Assembly (NCBI GenBank): GCA_017887885.1
Contig: JAGHHB010000026.1
Coordinates: 1-39,804 of the forward strand
Direction of reading: 5' to 3'
Source of the DNA: Bacilli bacterium
GTDB taxonomy: Bacteria > Bacillota_I > Bacilli_A > RF39 > UBA660
Length of the DNA: 39,804 bases
Within the stretch, counting starts at the first letter, position 1. Each line of letters begins with the position of its first letter. Made by a program: the position numbers and the translations under genes. The notes beneath the pieces were generated by a model. That model was not told the DNA's origin. It made no database searches and was given only the letters and a program-made list of their open reading frames with translations. Positions 26,793 through 36,505 of the stretch are shown here, one piece after another.

Positions 26793-27394
26793 TGAATAAG
26801 TATTATTTTGAAGGGAAAACAAGAGAAGAAGCTATCAATTTAGCATTGCAGGAATTAAAAATTTCTCGTGAAGATTTGGTTATTAATAGCTGTGAAGAAA
26901 AAAATGGCTTACTAAAGAAAAATGTTAAAATAGAAGTTTTAAACATGAATGAAATAGTATCTTTTATAAAAGATACCATTGGTGAAATAACCAAAAATAT
27001 GAATATTGATAGTAATTTAGAAGTTAGAAGAAGAGAAAATGGTTTATCTATTACTATTTTCTCCGATAATAATGCTATTCTAATTGGGAAAAACGGCAAA
27101 AATGTCGCAGCTTTACAGCTTCTTATTAGACAGATGGTCAATAGCAGATTAAGTACACCACTTTCGGTAATAATTGACGTTGGTAATTATAAAGAAAAAA
27201 GAATTAAAAATATTGAAATGTTGGCTAAAAGACTAGCTCGTGAAGCCTATAAGACCCAGACAGAAATAGCAATGGATAGTATGAATTCTTATGAGAGAAG
27301 AATTGTCCACGAAGTACTTGCCAAAGATCGATATGTCTATACCGAATCAATTGGCGAAGAACCTGAAAGAAAAGTAGTAATTAAGTTAAAATAG
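26792..27394 (+). CDS. jag: Jag/EloR (KhpB) RNA-binding protein
   Basis: Jag_N (EGKTREEAI), KH (LIGKNG), R3H (MNSYERRIVH); TAATG coupling with yidC. Confidence 0.95.
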   Translation: MNKYYFEGKTREEAINLALQELKISREDLVINSCEEKNGLLKKNVKIEVLNMNEIVSFIKDTIGEITKNMNIDSNLEVRRRENGLSITIFSDNNAILIGKNGKNVAALQLLIRQMVNSRLSTPLSVIIDVGNYKEKRIKNIEMLAKRLAREAYKTQTEIAMDSMNSYERRIVHEVLAKDRYVYTESIGEEPERKVVIKLK

Positions 27395-27512
27395 GTCTTC
27401 AAAAAAACTTAAAGCCCCATCTTTTTGAGGCTTTTTACTTTACTTAAATATCGTAATAATCTTTTTTTTTTATTATATTTATGTTAAAATACTAGAGAAA
27501 GAAGGAAGGACT

Positions 27513-28862
27513 ATGGAAGATACGATTGTAGCTATTTCTACTAGTTTAGGAGTTGGTGCTATTTCTATAATAAGATTAAGTGGTAGTGAAGCTATAAAAA
27601 TAGTAAATAAAATTTTTACGAAAAATTTGTCGCAAGAAAAATCGCATACTGTTCATTATGGATATATCAAGGATAATAAAGAAAAAATTGATGAAGTTTT
27701 GGTAACTATTATGAAAGAGCCTAAAACTTTTACCAGAGAGGATGTTGTTGAGATTAATTGTCATGGTGGGATAGCTACTACTAATAAAATATTGGAATTA
27801 ATACTTAAAAATGGTGCCCGGTTGGCTGAACCGGGAGAATTTACTAAAAGAGCTTTTTTAAATGGAAGAATAGACTTGCTTGAAGCTGAAGCGACGATGG
27901 ATTTGATTTCGTCTAAAAGTGAGGAAGCAAGAAAAATATCAATAAATACTTTGACAGGAGAGAGTTCTCGCTTGATTAGCATTTTAAGAGACGAACTAAT
28001 TCAGATAATAGGTAATATTGAAGTTAATATAGATTATCCCGAATATGAAGATATCGAACAGCTTACTAATATGAAAATATTACCTTTTATTGAAGAATTT
28101 AAGCGTAAATTACAGGAAATAATTGATAAATCAGAAGATAGTAAAATGATTAAAGAGGGTATAACTATTGGTATAATTGGTAGGCCAAACGTTGGTAAAA
28201 GTAGTCTTTTAAATGCCCTTATAGAAGACGAGAAGGCTATTGTTACAAATGTTCCAGGGACAACTAGAGATATTGTCGAAGGTTCTATTATTATTGATGG
28301 AGTTGTTTTTAATATCATTGATACCGCTGGTATTAGGCAAAGTAATGACATTGTAGAAAGAATGGGGATTGAGAAAAGCTTAAAAATAATTGATTCGGCC
28401 GATTTAGTAATAGTTATTTTAAACAATAATGAAGAATTATCAGAAGAAGAACTTGATCTTCTTGAAAAAGTTCGAGATAAGAAACATTTAACAATAATAA
28501 ATAAAATTGATTTAAGTAGTAAAATAGATAGATCTAAATTAAAAGACACATATATAGAAATATCTGTTAATAAAAATATTGGTTTAGACAAAATTAAAGC
28601 TGCAATAAAAAAATTATTTAACTTAGGAGAATTAAAGACATCCGATTTAACATATTTATCCAATGCTAGAAGTATTGCCCTTTTACATAAAGCTTTAAAA
28701 AGTATTGATGAAGCACTAACTGAAATAAGAAATAATAGTCCTATTGATATTGTCGAATTTAATCTTAAAGAAGCATGGAATTATTTAGGGGAAATAATTG
28801 GTGAAGTCTATACTGATGAGCTATTAGATGAATTATTCGCCCGATTTTGTCTAGGAAAGTAG
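27513..28862 (+). CDS. mnmE: tRNA modification GTPase MnmE
   Basis: GEFTKRAFLNG, GRPNVGKSS, GTTRD, FCLGK. Confidence 0.99.
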   Translation: MEDTIVAISTSLGVGAISIIRLSGSEAIKIVNKIFTKNLSQEKSHTVHYGYIKDNKEKIDEVLVTIMKEPKTFTREDVVEINCHGGIATTNKILELILKNGARLAEPGEFTKRAFLNGRIDLLEAEATMDLISSKSEEARKISINTLTGESSRLISILRDELIQIIGNIEVNIDYPEYEDIEQLTNMKILPFIEEFKRKLQEIIDKSEDSKMIKEGITIGIIGRPNVGKSSLLNALIEDEKAIVTNVPGTTRDIVEGSIIIDGVVFNIIDTAGIRQSNDIVERMGIEKSLKIIDSADLVIVILNNNEELSEEELDLLEKVRDKKHLTIINKIDLSSKIDRSKLKDTYIEISVNKNIGLDKIKAAIKKLFNLGELKTSDLTYLSNARSIALLHKALKSIDEALTEIRNNSPIDIVEFNLKEAWNYLGEIIGEVYTDELLDELFARFCLGK

Positions 28863-28869
28863 GTAGAAA

Positions 28870-30708
28870 ATGGATTATGAAATAATTGTTGTTGGCGGGG
28901 GCCATGCCGGGTGCGAAGCTGCTATTGCTGCCAGTCGCAAGGGACACAAAACTTTACTAATAACAGGTAATGTTAATAATATTGCCACTATGCCGTGCAA
29001 TCCTTCAGTAGGAGGAACCGCTAAAGGAATAATTGTTAGAGAAATAGATGCTTTAGGGGGTGTAATGGGTGAAGTGACAGATAAAACATTGATCCAAATG
29101 AAAATGTTAAATTATGCTAAAGGACCAGCTGTTAAGTCACTTCGTGCTCAAGTTGATAAAATAGCTTATCCAAGAGAAATGTTAAAAGTGCTTCGCCAAG
29201 AAAAAAACTTATTAATAAAAGAAGGAATGGTCGAAGATTTAATTGTAAAAGATCATAGTATTCGTGGGGTCATATTAAGTGATGGGGTCAATATAACGAG
29301 TAATATTGTCATTTTAACGACAGGTACTTATTTAAAATCTGATATTTTAATAGGTAGTACACGCACGAGAAGTGGTCCCCATGATGAACAGCCTTCCCTT
29401 CACTTATCTGATAATTTAAAGAAATATGGCTTTAACATTTTAAGACTAAAAACGGGAACACCACCTCGTATTGAAAGAAGTACAATTGATTTTTCTCGAA
29501 CCCAAAAAGAGGATGGAGATCCAAAATATTATACTTTTTCACATACTAATCAGCATTATTATAATATTTACCGTCAAGAACCATGTTATCTTATTTATAC
29601 TACTGACGAAACCAAGAAAATAATTCTCGAAAATTTAAATAAATCAAGTATGTATGGTGGGCTAGATGATATAACCGCTATAGGACCTAGATATTGTCCT
29701 TCAATTGAAGATAAAATAGTAAGATTTAGTGATAAAGAGAAGCATCAAATTTTTTTAGAGCCAGAAAGCCGCTATTACAGTGATATATATATTCAAGGGT
29801 TCTCTACAAGTATGCCAAGAAACATACAAGAACAGATGGTTCATAGTCTTCCGGGTCTCGAAAAAGCTAAAATATTAAAGTATGCCTATGCCATCGAATA
29901 TGATGCTATCTATCCTACTCAGATAAAACCTAGTCTTGAAACCAAAATAATAGAGAATCTTTTTACTGCTGGACAGATAAATGGTACTAGTGGATACGAA
30001 GAAGCAGCTTGTCAAGGATTATTAGCGGGTATTAATGCCGCTTTAAAATTAGAAAATAAAGAACCATTAATTTTAAAACGTAATGAGGCTTATATCGGTG
30101 TATTAATTGACGATCTCGTTACAAAAGGGACAAAAGAACCTTATCGTATGTTAACGTCTCGTGCCGAATATCGTCTTCTTTTAAGACATGATAATAGTGA
30201 TTTAAGATTAAGCCCAAAGGGATATGATGTTGGTTTATTATCGGAAGAAAAATATCAAAAATTTCTTTACAAAAAAGAAAAAATTTACGAATTAATAGAA
30301 AAATTAAAGGAAATAAAAGTTACTATTGATACAGAAAAAAGAAGAACAACTATGAGCGTTTTTGAATATTTAAAAAATCCCACTTCGAGTCTTAAAGAAA
30401 TAATTGCTACTTTTCATTTAGATTTAGATTATACTGATGAAGTTATGGAAGAGGTAGAAATCCAAATCAAGTATGAAGGATATATTAATAAAGTAAATCG
30501 TGAGGCCCAAAAGCAACTAAAAAACGAAGAAAAACAAATACCTCCTGATATTGATTATGATAAAGTTGCTAATTTGGCAAGTGAAGCGAGACAAAAATTA
30601 AAGGAAATAAAACCTCTTAATATCGGGCAGGCTTCACGAATAAGCGGAGTAAATCCTTCAGATATAGCTATATTGTTAGTTTATTTGAGGAAGTATTATC
30701 ATGAATAG
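28870..30708 (+). CDS. mnmG: tRNA uridine-5-carboxymethylaminomethyl enzyme MnmG/GidA
   Basis: GGGHAGCEAA, RLKTGTPPR, GPRYCPSIEDK, GQINGTSGYEEAA. Confidence 0.99.
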   Translation: MDYEIIVVGGGHAGCEAAIAASRKGHKTLLITGNVNNIATMPCNPSVGGTAKGIIVREIDALGGVMGEVTDKTLIQMKMLNYAKGPAVKSLRAQVDKIAYPREMLKVLRQEKNLLIKEGMVEDLIVKDHSIRGVILSDGVNITSNIVILTTGTYLKSDILIGSTRTRSGPHDEQPSLHLSDNLKKYGFNILRLKTGTPPRIERSTIDFSRTQKEDGDPKYYTFSHTNQHYYNIYRQEPCYLIYTTDETKKIILENLNKSSMYGGLDDITAIGPRYCPSIEDKIVRFSDKEKHQIFLEPESRYYSDIYIQGFSTSMPRNIQEQMVHSLPGLEKAKILKYAYAIEYDAIYPTQIKPSLETKIIENLFTAGQINGTSGYEEAACQGLLAGINAALKLENKEPLILKRNEAYIGVLIDDLVTKGTKEPYRMLTSRAEYRLLLRHDNSDLRLSPKGYDVGLLSEEKYQKFLYKKEKIYELIEKLKEIKVTIDTEKRRTTMSVFEYLKNPTSSLKEIIATFHLDLDYTDEVMEEVEIQIKYEGYINKVNREAQKQLKNEEKQIPPDIDYDKVANLASEARQKLKEIKPLNIGQASRISGVNPSDIAILLVYLRKYYHE

Positions 30709-31405
30709 AAAAAAATTTGTCGAAGAACTAAAAAAAATGAATCTTTTCCTAACAGAAGAGAAACTAGAAAAATTAAGGTACTATTACGAGATATTAAAAG
30801 AAGAAAACGCAAAATACAATCTAACAAGAATAATTAAAGAAGAGGAAGTTTATTTAAAACGCTTTTATGACAGTTTAACCATCATTAAAGTGACTGCTAT
30901 AGGAAATAATAACATATGCGATCTAGGATCAGGGGCAGGCTTTCCAGGTTTAGTTCTAGCCATATGCTTTCCCGAATCTACAGTCACATTAATAGAGTCA
31001 AATAGTAAAAAATGTAAATTTTTAAAAAAGGTTAAAGAAACTTTGTCCCTACAAAATGTAACTATAATTAATGCTCGAATTGAAGACTATGCCAAAGAAA
31101 ATCGTGAAGTTTTTGATATTGTTACAGCTAGAGCTGTTGCTCCTCTAAAACATTTATTAGAGTATGGTATTCCTCTCGTCAAAGTAAAAGGGTATTTTAT
31201 TGCTATGAAAGCTAATATTGAAGAAGAAATAGTAGACATTGAAAAATATTATACTATCTTAAAAATTATTGAAGTAGAAAAGATAACCTTTTATTTACCA
31301 AGTGAGAATAGCTTGAGGACATTATTAAAATACCAAAAATTAGATAAAACAAATAAAAAATATCCTCGAAGGTATTCTGAAATAAAAAAATGTGATATTG
31401 TATAG
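30701..31405 (+). CDS. rsmG: 16S rRNA m7G527 methyltransferase RsmG/GidB
   Basis: NLTRI, DLGSGAGFPG, VTARAV, KYPR. Confidence 0.97.
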   Translation: MNRKKFVEELKKMNLFLTEEKLEKLRYYYEILKEENAKYNLTRIIKEEEVYLKRFYDSLTIIKVTAIGNNNICDLGSGAGFPGLVLAICFPESTVTLIESNSKKCKFLKKVKETLSLQNVTIINARIEDYAKENREVFDIVTARAVAPLKHLLEYGIPLVKVKGYFIAMKANIEEEIVDIEKYYTILKIIEVEKITFYLPSENSLRTLLKYQKLDKTNKKYPRRYSEIKKCDIV

Positions 31406-31463
31406 CTTTCTTCTATAATATCCTTTTTCCCAAAAATATGAAGTATACCACTATTACAAACTT

Positions 31464-31487
31464 CCTTCTCTCCAAGAGAAGGTTTTT
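31464..31487 (+). terminator. Terminator after rsmG
   Basis: CCTTCTCT/AGAGAAGG + T5. Confidence 0.75.
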
Positions 31488-31639
31488 AAATATTTATATC
31501 TTTAATATAAATAAAATTTACTTTAAATTACTTTTGAGTCTACTCATATAAAATTTTTTGAAAATCTCTTGTAAAAAAATAAAAAGTATAGTATTATATA
31601 TATTATAAGAGTGTAAAAGAATAGAAAGAGGTATTGATT

Positions 31640-32767
31640 ATGCAAATGAATAAAGAAGTTGTAATGGTAAGGTTAATGGATATAATTCCTAATAGATTCC
31701 AACCAAGATTAACTTTTGATGAAGAAGCATTAAATGATCTAGCAAATTCAATTAAAGAACATGGTATAATTCAGCCATTAATTTTAAGAGATTTAGGAAG
31801 TAAATATGAAATAATTGCAGGTGAAAGAAGATATAAAGCCGCTACTATTGCGGGACTTACAGAAGTTCCAGCGATCATTGGTTCAATGGATGATCAAACT
31901 AGTGCTGAACTTGCTCTTATTGAAAATATTCAAAGGAAAGATTTATCTGCTATTGAGGAAGCAAAATCATATAAAAAGATTTTAGATTTAGGTAACCTTA
32001 CTCAAGAAACTCTTGCTAAAAGGATGGGAAAAAGTCAGTCAACAATAGCTAATAAAATGCGTTTACTTTCTTTAACTAATGAGGTTCAAGTAGCTCTTAT
32101 GAACAATTTAATATCTGAAAGACATGCTCGATGTTTATTGCAAGTTAAAGATGAAGACAAGCAAAAGGAAATGTTAAATAAGATTATTACAGAACGAATG
32201 ACGGTACGCGATACAGACGAATATATTAAAAATAATTTAGAAGTATCAAAAACAGAAACGGTAGTGGATAATGGTTTAATAACTAATCAAATAAATAGCG
32301 GGCCATTAACTACCGAAAACGATGAACTAGTGACTGTTAAGATTCCCGATGTAGATCATACTATTAATAGTACCTCATCTTCTGTTGATACTTCAAAAGC
32401 TGAAGAAATTTTTAATCCAAACGTCTATGCGCAATCTGAGAATATGGATTTTATAAATATTAATAATTTAAATTCTGAAACTCAACCAGCATATGATAAC
32501 ATTAGTTTAACTTCAAATGAAACTTTTAATGGCTCAAGTAACACTACTGTCAATCACCAAAGTGATCCCTCTCCTAATCCTATGACTTCCTTACCTTTAA
32601 ATGATGAACAAGGATCTACTGATTATCTAACTAAAATAAAGATGGCGACAGCAATTAAATTGGCTAGAGATACTGCTAAAGAGATCAATGATGCAGGATA
32701 TATTGCTACTACCGAAGAAGTTGATATGCCAAGTGAATATCAAATAATAATTAAAATTCAAAAATAG
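31640..32767 (+). CDS. noc: Nucleoid occlusion protein Noc (ParB paralog) with a long low-complexity linker
   Basis: IIPNRFQPR, AGERRYKA, GKSQSTIANKMRLL, ERHAR, Noc-type C-terminus EEVDMPSEYQIIIKIQK; follows rsmG; exact start uncertain (31634/31640/31646). Confidence 0.85.
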   Translation: MQMNKEVVMVRLMDIIPNRFQPRLTFDEEALNDLANSIKEHGIIQPLILRDLGSKYEIIAGERRYKAATIAGLTEVPAIIGSMDDQTSAELALIENIQRKDLSAIEEAKSYKKILDLGNLTQETLAKRMGKSQSTIANKMRLLSLTNEVQVALMNNLISERHARCLLQVKDEDKQKEMLNKIITERMTVRDTDEYIKNNLEVSKTETVVDNGLITNQINSGPLTTENDELVTVKIPDVDHTINSTSSSVDTSKAEEIFNPNVYAQSENMDFININNLNSETQPAYDNISLTSNETFNGSSNTTVNHQSDPSPNPMTSLPLNDEQGSTDYLTKIKMATAIKLARDTAKEINDAGYIATTEEVDMPSEYQIIIKIQK

Positions 32768-32820
32768 GAATAAAATAACAAAATATCACTCATAATGACA
32801 TTGAAAGGGTGATATTTTTT
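32768..32820 (+). promoter_or_regulatory. SigmaF/G promoter of spoIIR embedded in an RBS-sequestering hairpin
   Basis: GAATA(32768-72)-18-CATAATG(32791-97); stem AAAATATCACTC/GGGTGATATTTT (32780-91/32807-18). Confidence 0.65.
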
Positions 32821-33345
32821 ATGAAAAAAATAATTCTTATAATACTAACATTAGTGATAATGTCATTAATATATAACGAAACAAAAGCCGAAACAATTAT
32901 TATCCCTAGTACAGCAATCAGATTACGAGTTATTCCTAATAGCAATTCCTATTTAGATCAAAATATGAAAAATAAAGTTAAAAATTATTTAGAAGAAAAT
33001 ACATATCAACTATTAAAGGATACTGATAACATTGAGGAAGCTAGAAATTTAATAACAAAAAATATCCCAATAATTGAAGATAATATCGATAATTTATTTG
33101 CTCAAAATAATTATGATATGGATTATGAAATAAATTATGGATATAATTATTTTCCTGATAAAGAGTATCGAGGTATAAAATATGATGAAGGATATTACGA
33201 ATCAATAGTTATAAGTATTGGAAAAGCTGAAGGAGATAATTGGTGGTGTGTGCTATTTCCTAATCTTTGTTTAGTTGATTTAAATGAAAAAGACGATGTT
33301 GAATATCGATCATGGGTTAGCGAAATAATAAATAAAATATTTTGA
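32821..33345 (+). CDS. spoIIR: Stage II sporulation protein R
   Basis: IP..AIRLRVIPNSNS..DQ..K, FP.K.Y, G.AEGDNWWCVLFP.LC. Confidence 0.96.
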   Translation: MKKIILIILTLVIMSLIYNETKAETIIIPSTAIRLRVIPNSNSYLDQNMKNKVKNYLEENTYQLLKDTDNIEEARNLITKNIPIIEDNIDNLFAQNNYDMDYEINYGYNYFPDKEYRGIKYDEGYYESIVISIGKAEGDNWWCVLFPNLCLVDLNEKDDVEYRSWVSEIINKIF

Positions 33346-33379
33346 TAATATCGGCATAGAATTAGATAGGTGATAAATA

Positions 33380-33913
33380 GTGAAAATAGTTACCATTTTC
33401 CTAATAGCATTAAGCTTATCTATGGATGCCTTTTCTTTAGCCTTAATATATGGAACACAAGGAATAAGTAAAAGAGATAAAATTATTTTGGCCATAATTG
33501 TTGGAATGTATCATTTTATTATGCCCCTTATAGGATTGAGCATAGGTTCTTTTCTTACAGATAAAATAATAATAAATACCAATATCTTGGTAGGAGTAAT
33601 ACTTACTTTAATTGCTATTGAGATGATCATATCAAGCTTTAAAGATAAAGAGGAAAAGTTTCTTTTATCGTTAGCGGGTTATTTTCTTTTTGGTCTATCT
33701 GTCAGTATTGATAGTTTAACGGCCGGAATAGGGCTTCCCGCTATTACTAATTCCTTTTTCTCTTCAGCTCTCGTTTTTGCCATAACTAGCACCATCTTCA
33801 CCTATTTAGGACTAAATTTAGGAAACATTTTAAATAAGAAATACGGAAAAGTTTCGACCATGATTGGAGGACTAATTCTTCTCATTATAGGAATAATCTA
33901 TATATTTAAGTAA
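33380..33913 (+). CDS. MntP/YtaF family manganese efflux-type membrane protein
   Basis: ALSLSMDAF and SVSIDSL repeat motifs; HFIMPLIG. Confidence 0.88.
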   Translation: MKIVTIFLIALSLSMDAFSLALIYGTQGISKRDKIILAIIVGMYHFIMPLIGLSIGSFLTDKIIINTNILVGVILTLIAIEMIISSFKDKEEKFLLSLAGYFLFGLSVSIDSLTAGIGLPAITNSFFSSALVFAITSTIFTYLGLNLGNILNKKYGKVSTMIGGLILLIIGIIYIFK

Positions 33914-34019
33914 ATAACGTCAATAATATGTCAAAAATATAACACATTAATCCAAAACAATTGACTTTTTCTATAAATTATTTACAATAAAATTAAATAT
34001 TCTTAAGGAAGGAGTAGTT

Positions 34020-35270
34020 ATGACGAGAATAAGAATTGTTGGTGGCTTTGAATTAAGCGGTGAAATAGAAGTAAGTGGTTCTAAAAATAGTGCTGTCGCT
34101 CTAATACCGGCATCTCTTTTATGTGATGAAAAAGTAGAAATAAGTAACGTACCTAATATTTCTGATGTTGATGCTCTAGAAGAAATATTATTGCATTTAA
34201 ATGTTCAGGTGGAAAGAAAAGAAAATTCATTAAAGATTGATCCTTCAAAGATTATAAATAAAGTTATTCCAGAAAATTTATCCCAGAAATTGAGGGCTTC
34301 GTACTACTTTATGTCGGCCCTTTTAGGAAAATATAAACATGTTGAAATGTATTTTCCGGGCGGATGCTCAATTGGTGAAAGACCTATTGATCAAACTTTA
34401 AAAGGTTATCGAGCACTTGGTGCAACGGTAATCCGAAAAGATAATCGTTATATAATAGATGCTCCAAAATTAAAAGGAGCCAAACTATATTTAGATATGC
34501 CTAGTGTTGGTGCTACAGTAAATACAATTTTAGCTTCGGTAAAGGCTGAAGGAGTAACAATTATTGAAAATGCCGCTAAAGAACCAGAAATCGTCAATAT
34601 TGCGACCTTTTTAAATAATATGGGAGCTAAAATAAAAGGTGCAGGAACAAATATTATTACTATAACAGGAGTATCTTATCTTCATAGTTCTTTTCATGAA
34701 GTCATACCTGATCGTATAGAAGCTGGAACGTATCTTATTATAGGATCATTGTTAGGAAAAAAGCTAAAAATAAAAAATATTATTCCCTCACACATTGAGT
34801 CCCTTACTTCAAAGCTTATAGAAGCAGGCGTTGAAATGACAATATCTTCTGATTCTATAACGGTAAGTAGAAAAAATAATTATAGAGCTATAAATATTAG
34901 GACGCTTCCTTATCCAGGATTTCCTACTGACCTTCAGCAGCCTCTGATTCCCTTTTTAACACAGTGTCAGGGCATAAGTATTGTTGAAGAGACAATTTAC
35001 GAAAATCGTTTTCAAAATATTTCTGATACCAATCGAATGGGAGCTGATATTATTGTCAAGGATAATAATTTAGCTCAAGTAAGTGGTATTACACCCCTAT
35101 ATGGCAAAAATGTAGTTGCTACTGACTTAAGAGGCGGGGCCTCGCTTCTTATTTGTGGCCTAATCGCCGAAGGTATTACTATCATCGATAATATCAATTA
35201 CATTTTGCGGGGTTACGATAGCATATGTGAAAAACTAACTCGAGTTGGTGCTAAAATAGAATTAATATAA
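34020..35270 (+). CDS. murA: UDP-N-acetylglucosamine 1-carboxyvinyltransferase
   Basis: GSKNS, LRASYY, PGGCSIGERP (catalytic Cys present), PGFPTDLQ, DLRGGA. Confidence 0.98.
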   Translation: MTRIRIVGGFELSGEIEVSGSKNSAVALIPASLLCDEKVEISNVPNISDVDALEEILLHLNVQVERKENSLKIDPSKIINKVIPENLSQKLRASYYFMSALLGKYKHVEMYFPGGCSIGERPIDQTLKGYRALGATVIRKDNRYIIDAPKLKGAKLYLDMPSVGATVNTILASVKAEGVTIIENAAKEPEIVNIATFLNNMGAKIKGAGTNIITITGVSYLHSSFHEVIPDRIEAGTYLIIGSLLGKKLKIKNIIPSHIESLTSKLIEAGVEMTISSDSITVSRKNNYRAINIRTLPYPGFPTDLQQPLIPFLTQCQGISIVEETIYENRFQNISDTNRMGADIIVKDNNLAQVSGITPLYGKNVVATDLRGGASLLICGLIAEGITIIDNINYILRGYDSICEKLTRVGAKIELI

Positions 35271-35291
35271 ATATACTTTACCAGGAGGAGT

Positions 35292-35972
35292 ATGAAAAAA
35301 GTATTTTTAATATTAATTCTTTTTTTATCATGCTATTTTATTTACAATAAAACTGTTGATGGAAAATTTTATTATTTGGCTATAGGTGATTCCCTTGCTA
35401 GAGGAACAAATGAATATGGCGTAGCTTCTTATGGTTATAATGATCATATAAAGGACTATTTGTATAAAGAACAAAAGCTTAAAGAATATAATAAAGTATT
35501 TACTAATGATGATTATCGTATTACAGATATCTTAAAAATTTTAGAATATAATGAAAAAAAAGATGGTTATTCGTTAAATCGCTTAGTAAAACAGGCAGAT
35601 ATTTTAACAATTTCACTTGGAATGAACGAAATATATTATAAATTAGAAAAAAACAATCAAAACATATATACATATATAGATAATATGATAAATAATTACT
35701 CCGCATTAATGTCGTATATAAATAAGTTTCATCACGAATATGTCTTTGTATTAGGTTACTATAATACATTAGGAGAAAATCAAGATATCTTTAATTATGC
35801 TAATTATAAATTAAAGGAGTTATGTGATGATTACGATATTACATACATAGATTTATCAGCATTATTGGATAACAATCCATTATATTTGATTCAAAAACAA
35901 ACTTTTCTTCCCAATGCCAAAGGATACGAAAAAATTTCACAAATAATAGTTGAAAAAATGGAAAATAACTGA
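35292..35972 (+). CDS. SGNH/GDSL hydrolase-fold protein, membrane-anchored; catalytic His apparently absent
   Basis: AIGDSL, SLGMNE; block V reads TFLPNAKGY. Confidence 0.8.
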   Translation: MKKVFLILILFLSCYFIYNKTVDGKFYYLAIGDSLARGTNEYGVASYGYNDHIKDYLYKEQKLKEYNKVFTNDDYRITDILKILEYNEKKDGYSLNRLVKQADILTISLGMNEIYYKLEKNNQNIYTYIDNMINNYSALMSYINKFHHEYVFVLGYYNTLGENQDIFNYANYKLKELCDDYDITYIDLSALLDNNPLYLIQKQTFLPNAKGYEKISQIIVEKMENN

Positions 35973-36030
35973 TATAATATAGCATGTATTTTATTACTAT
36001 GACTTTGGTCATGGCGAAAGGAGAGACAAA

Positions 36031-36240
36031 ATGAAAGCTAATATACATCCAAATTATGTGGAGGCAACAGTTACCTGTGCTTGTGGTAACACCTTCAAAA
36101 CGATGTCTACTAAAGAAAATATTCAAGTTGAAGTATGTTCTAAATGCCATCCATATTATACAGGGAAACAGAATTTAGGATCTAGAAAAGGACAAGTTGA
36201 AAAGTTTAATAAAAAATTTGGTTTTAGTACAAAAGAATAA
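36031..36240 (+). CDS. rpmE: 50S ribosomal protein L31, zinc-binding type
   Basis: [19 protein letters not shown]. Confidence 0.98.
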   Translation: MKANIHPNYVEATVTCACGNTFKTMSTKENIQVEVCSKCHPYYTGKQNLGSRKGQVEKFNKKFGFSTKE

Positions 36241-36255
36241 TCTTTTGTACTTTTT
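36226..36255 (+). terminator. rpmE terminator overlapping the stop codon
   Basis: AGTACAAAAGA/TCTTTTGTACT + T-run. Confidence 0.75.
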
Positions 36256-36505
36256 GTTATTTATATTTACTTGTCTTATTTTAAAGCAAATAACTTTGTT
36301 TAATTTTAGAAAATTAAACAAAAAAAGACTTTTTTTGACATGAATTAAAGAAATATTTTACTAATTTAGATAGAAAAAATAAACATCATGTTTACTAAAA
36401 AAATAAAAACAAGGAGAAAAAGTAATTGCATATATAGATTTTTAATATTTAAAAATTGTTTTTCATTTTGATAATTTTGTGATATAATTATCGTAGTGAT
36501 AATTT

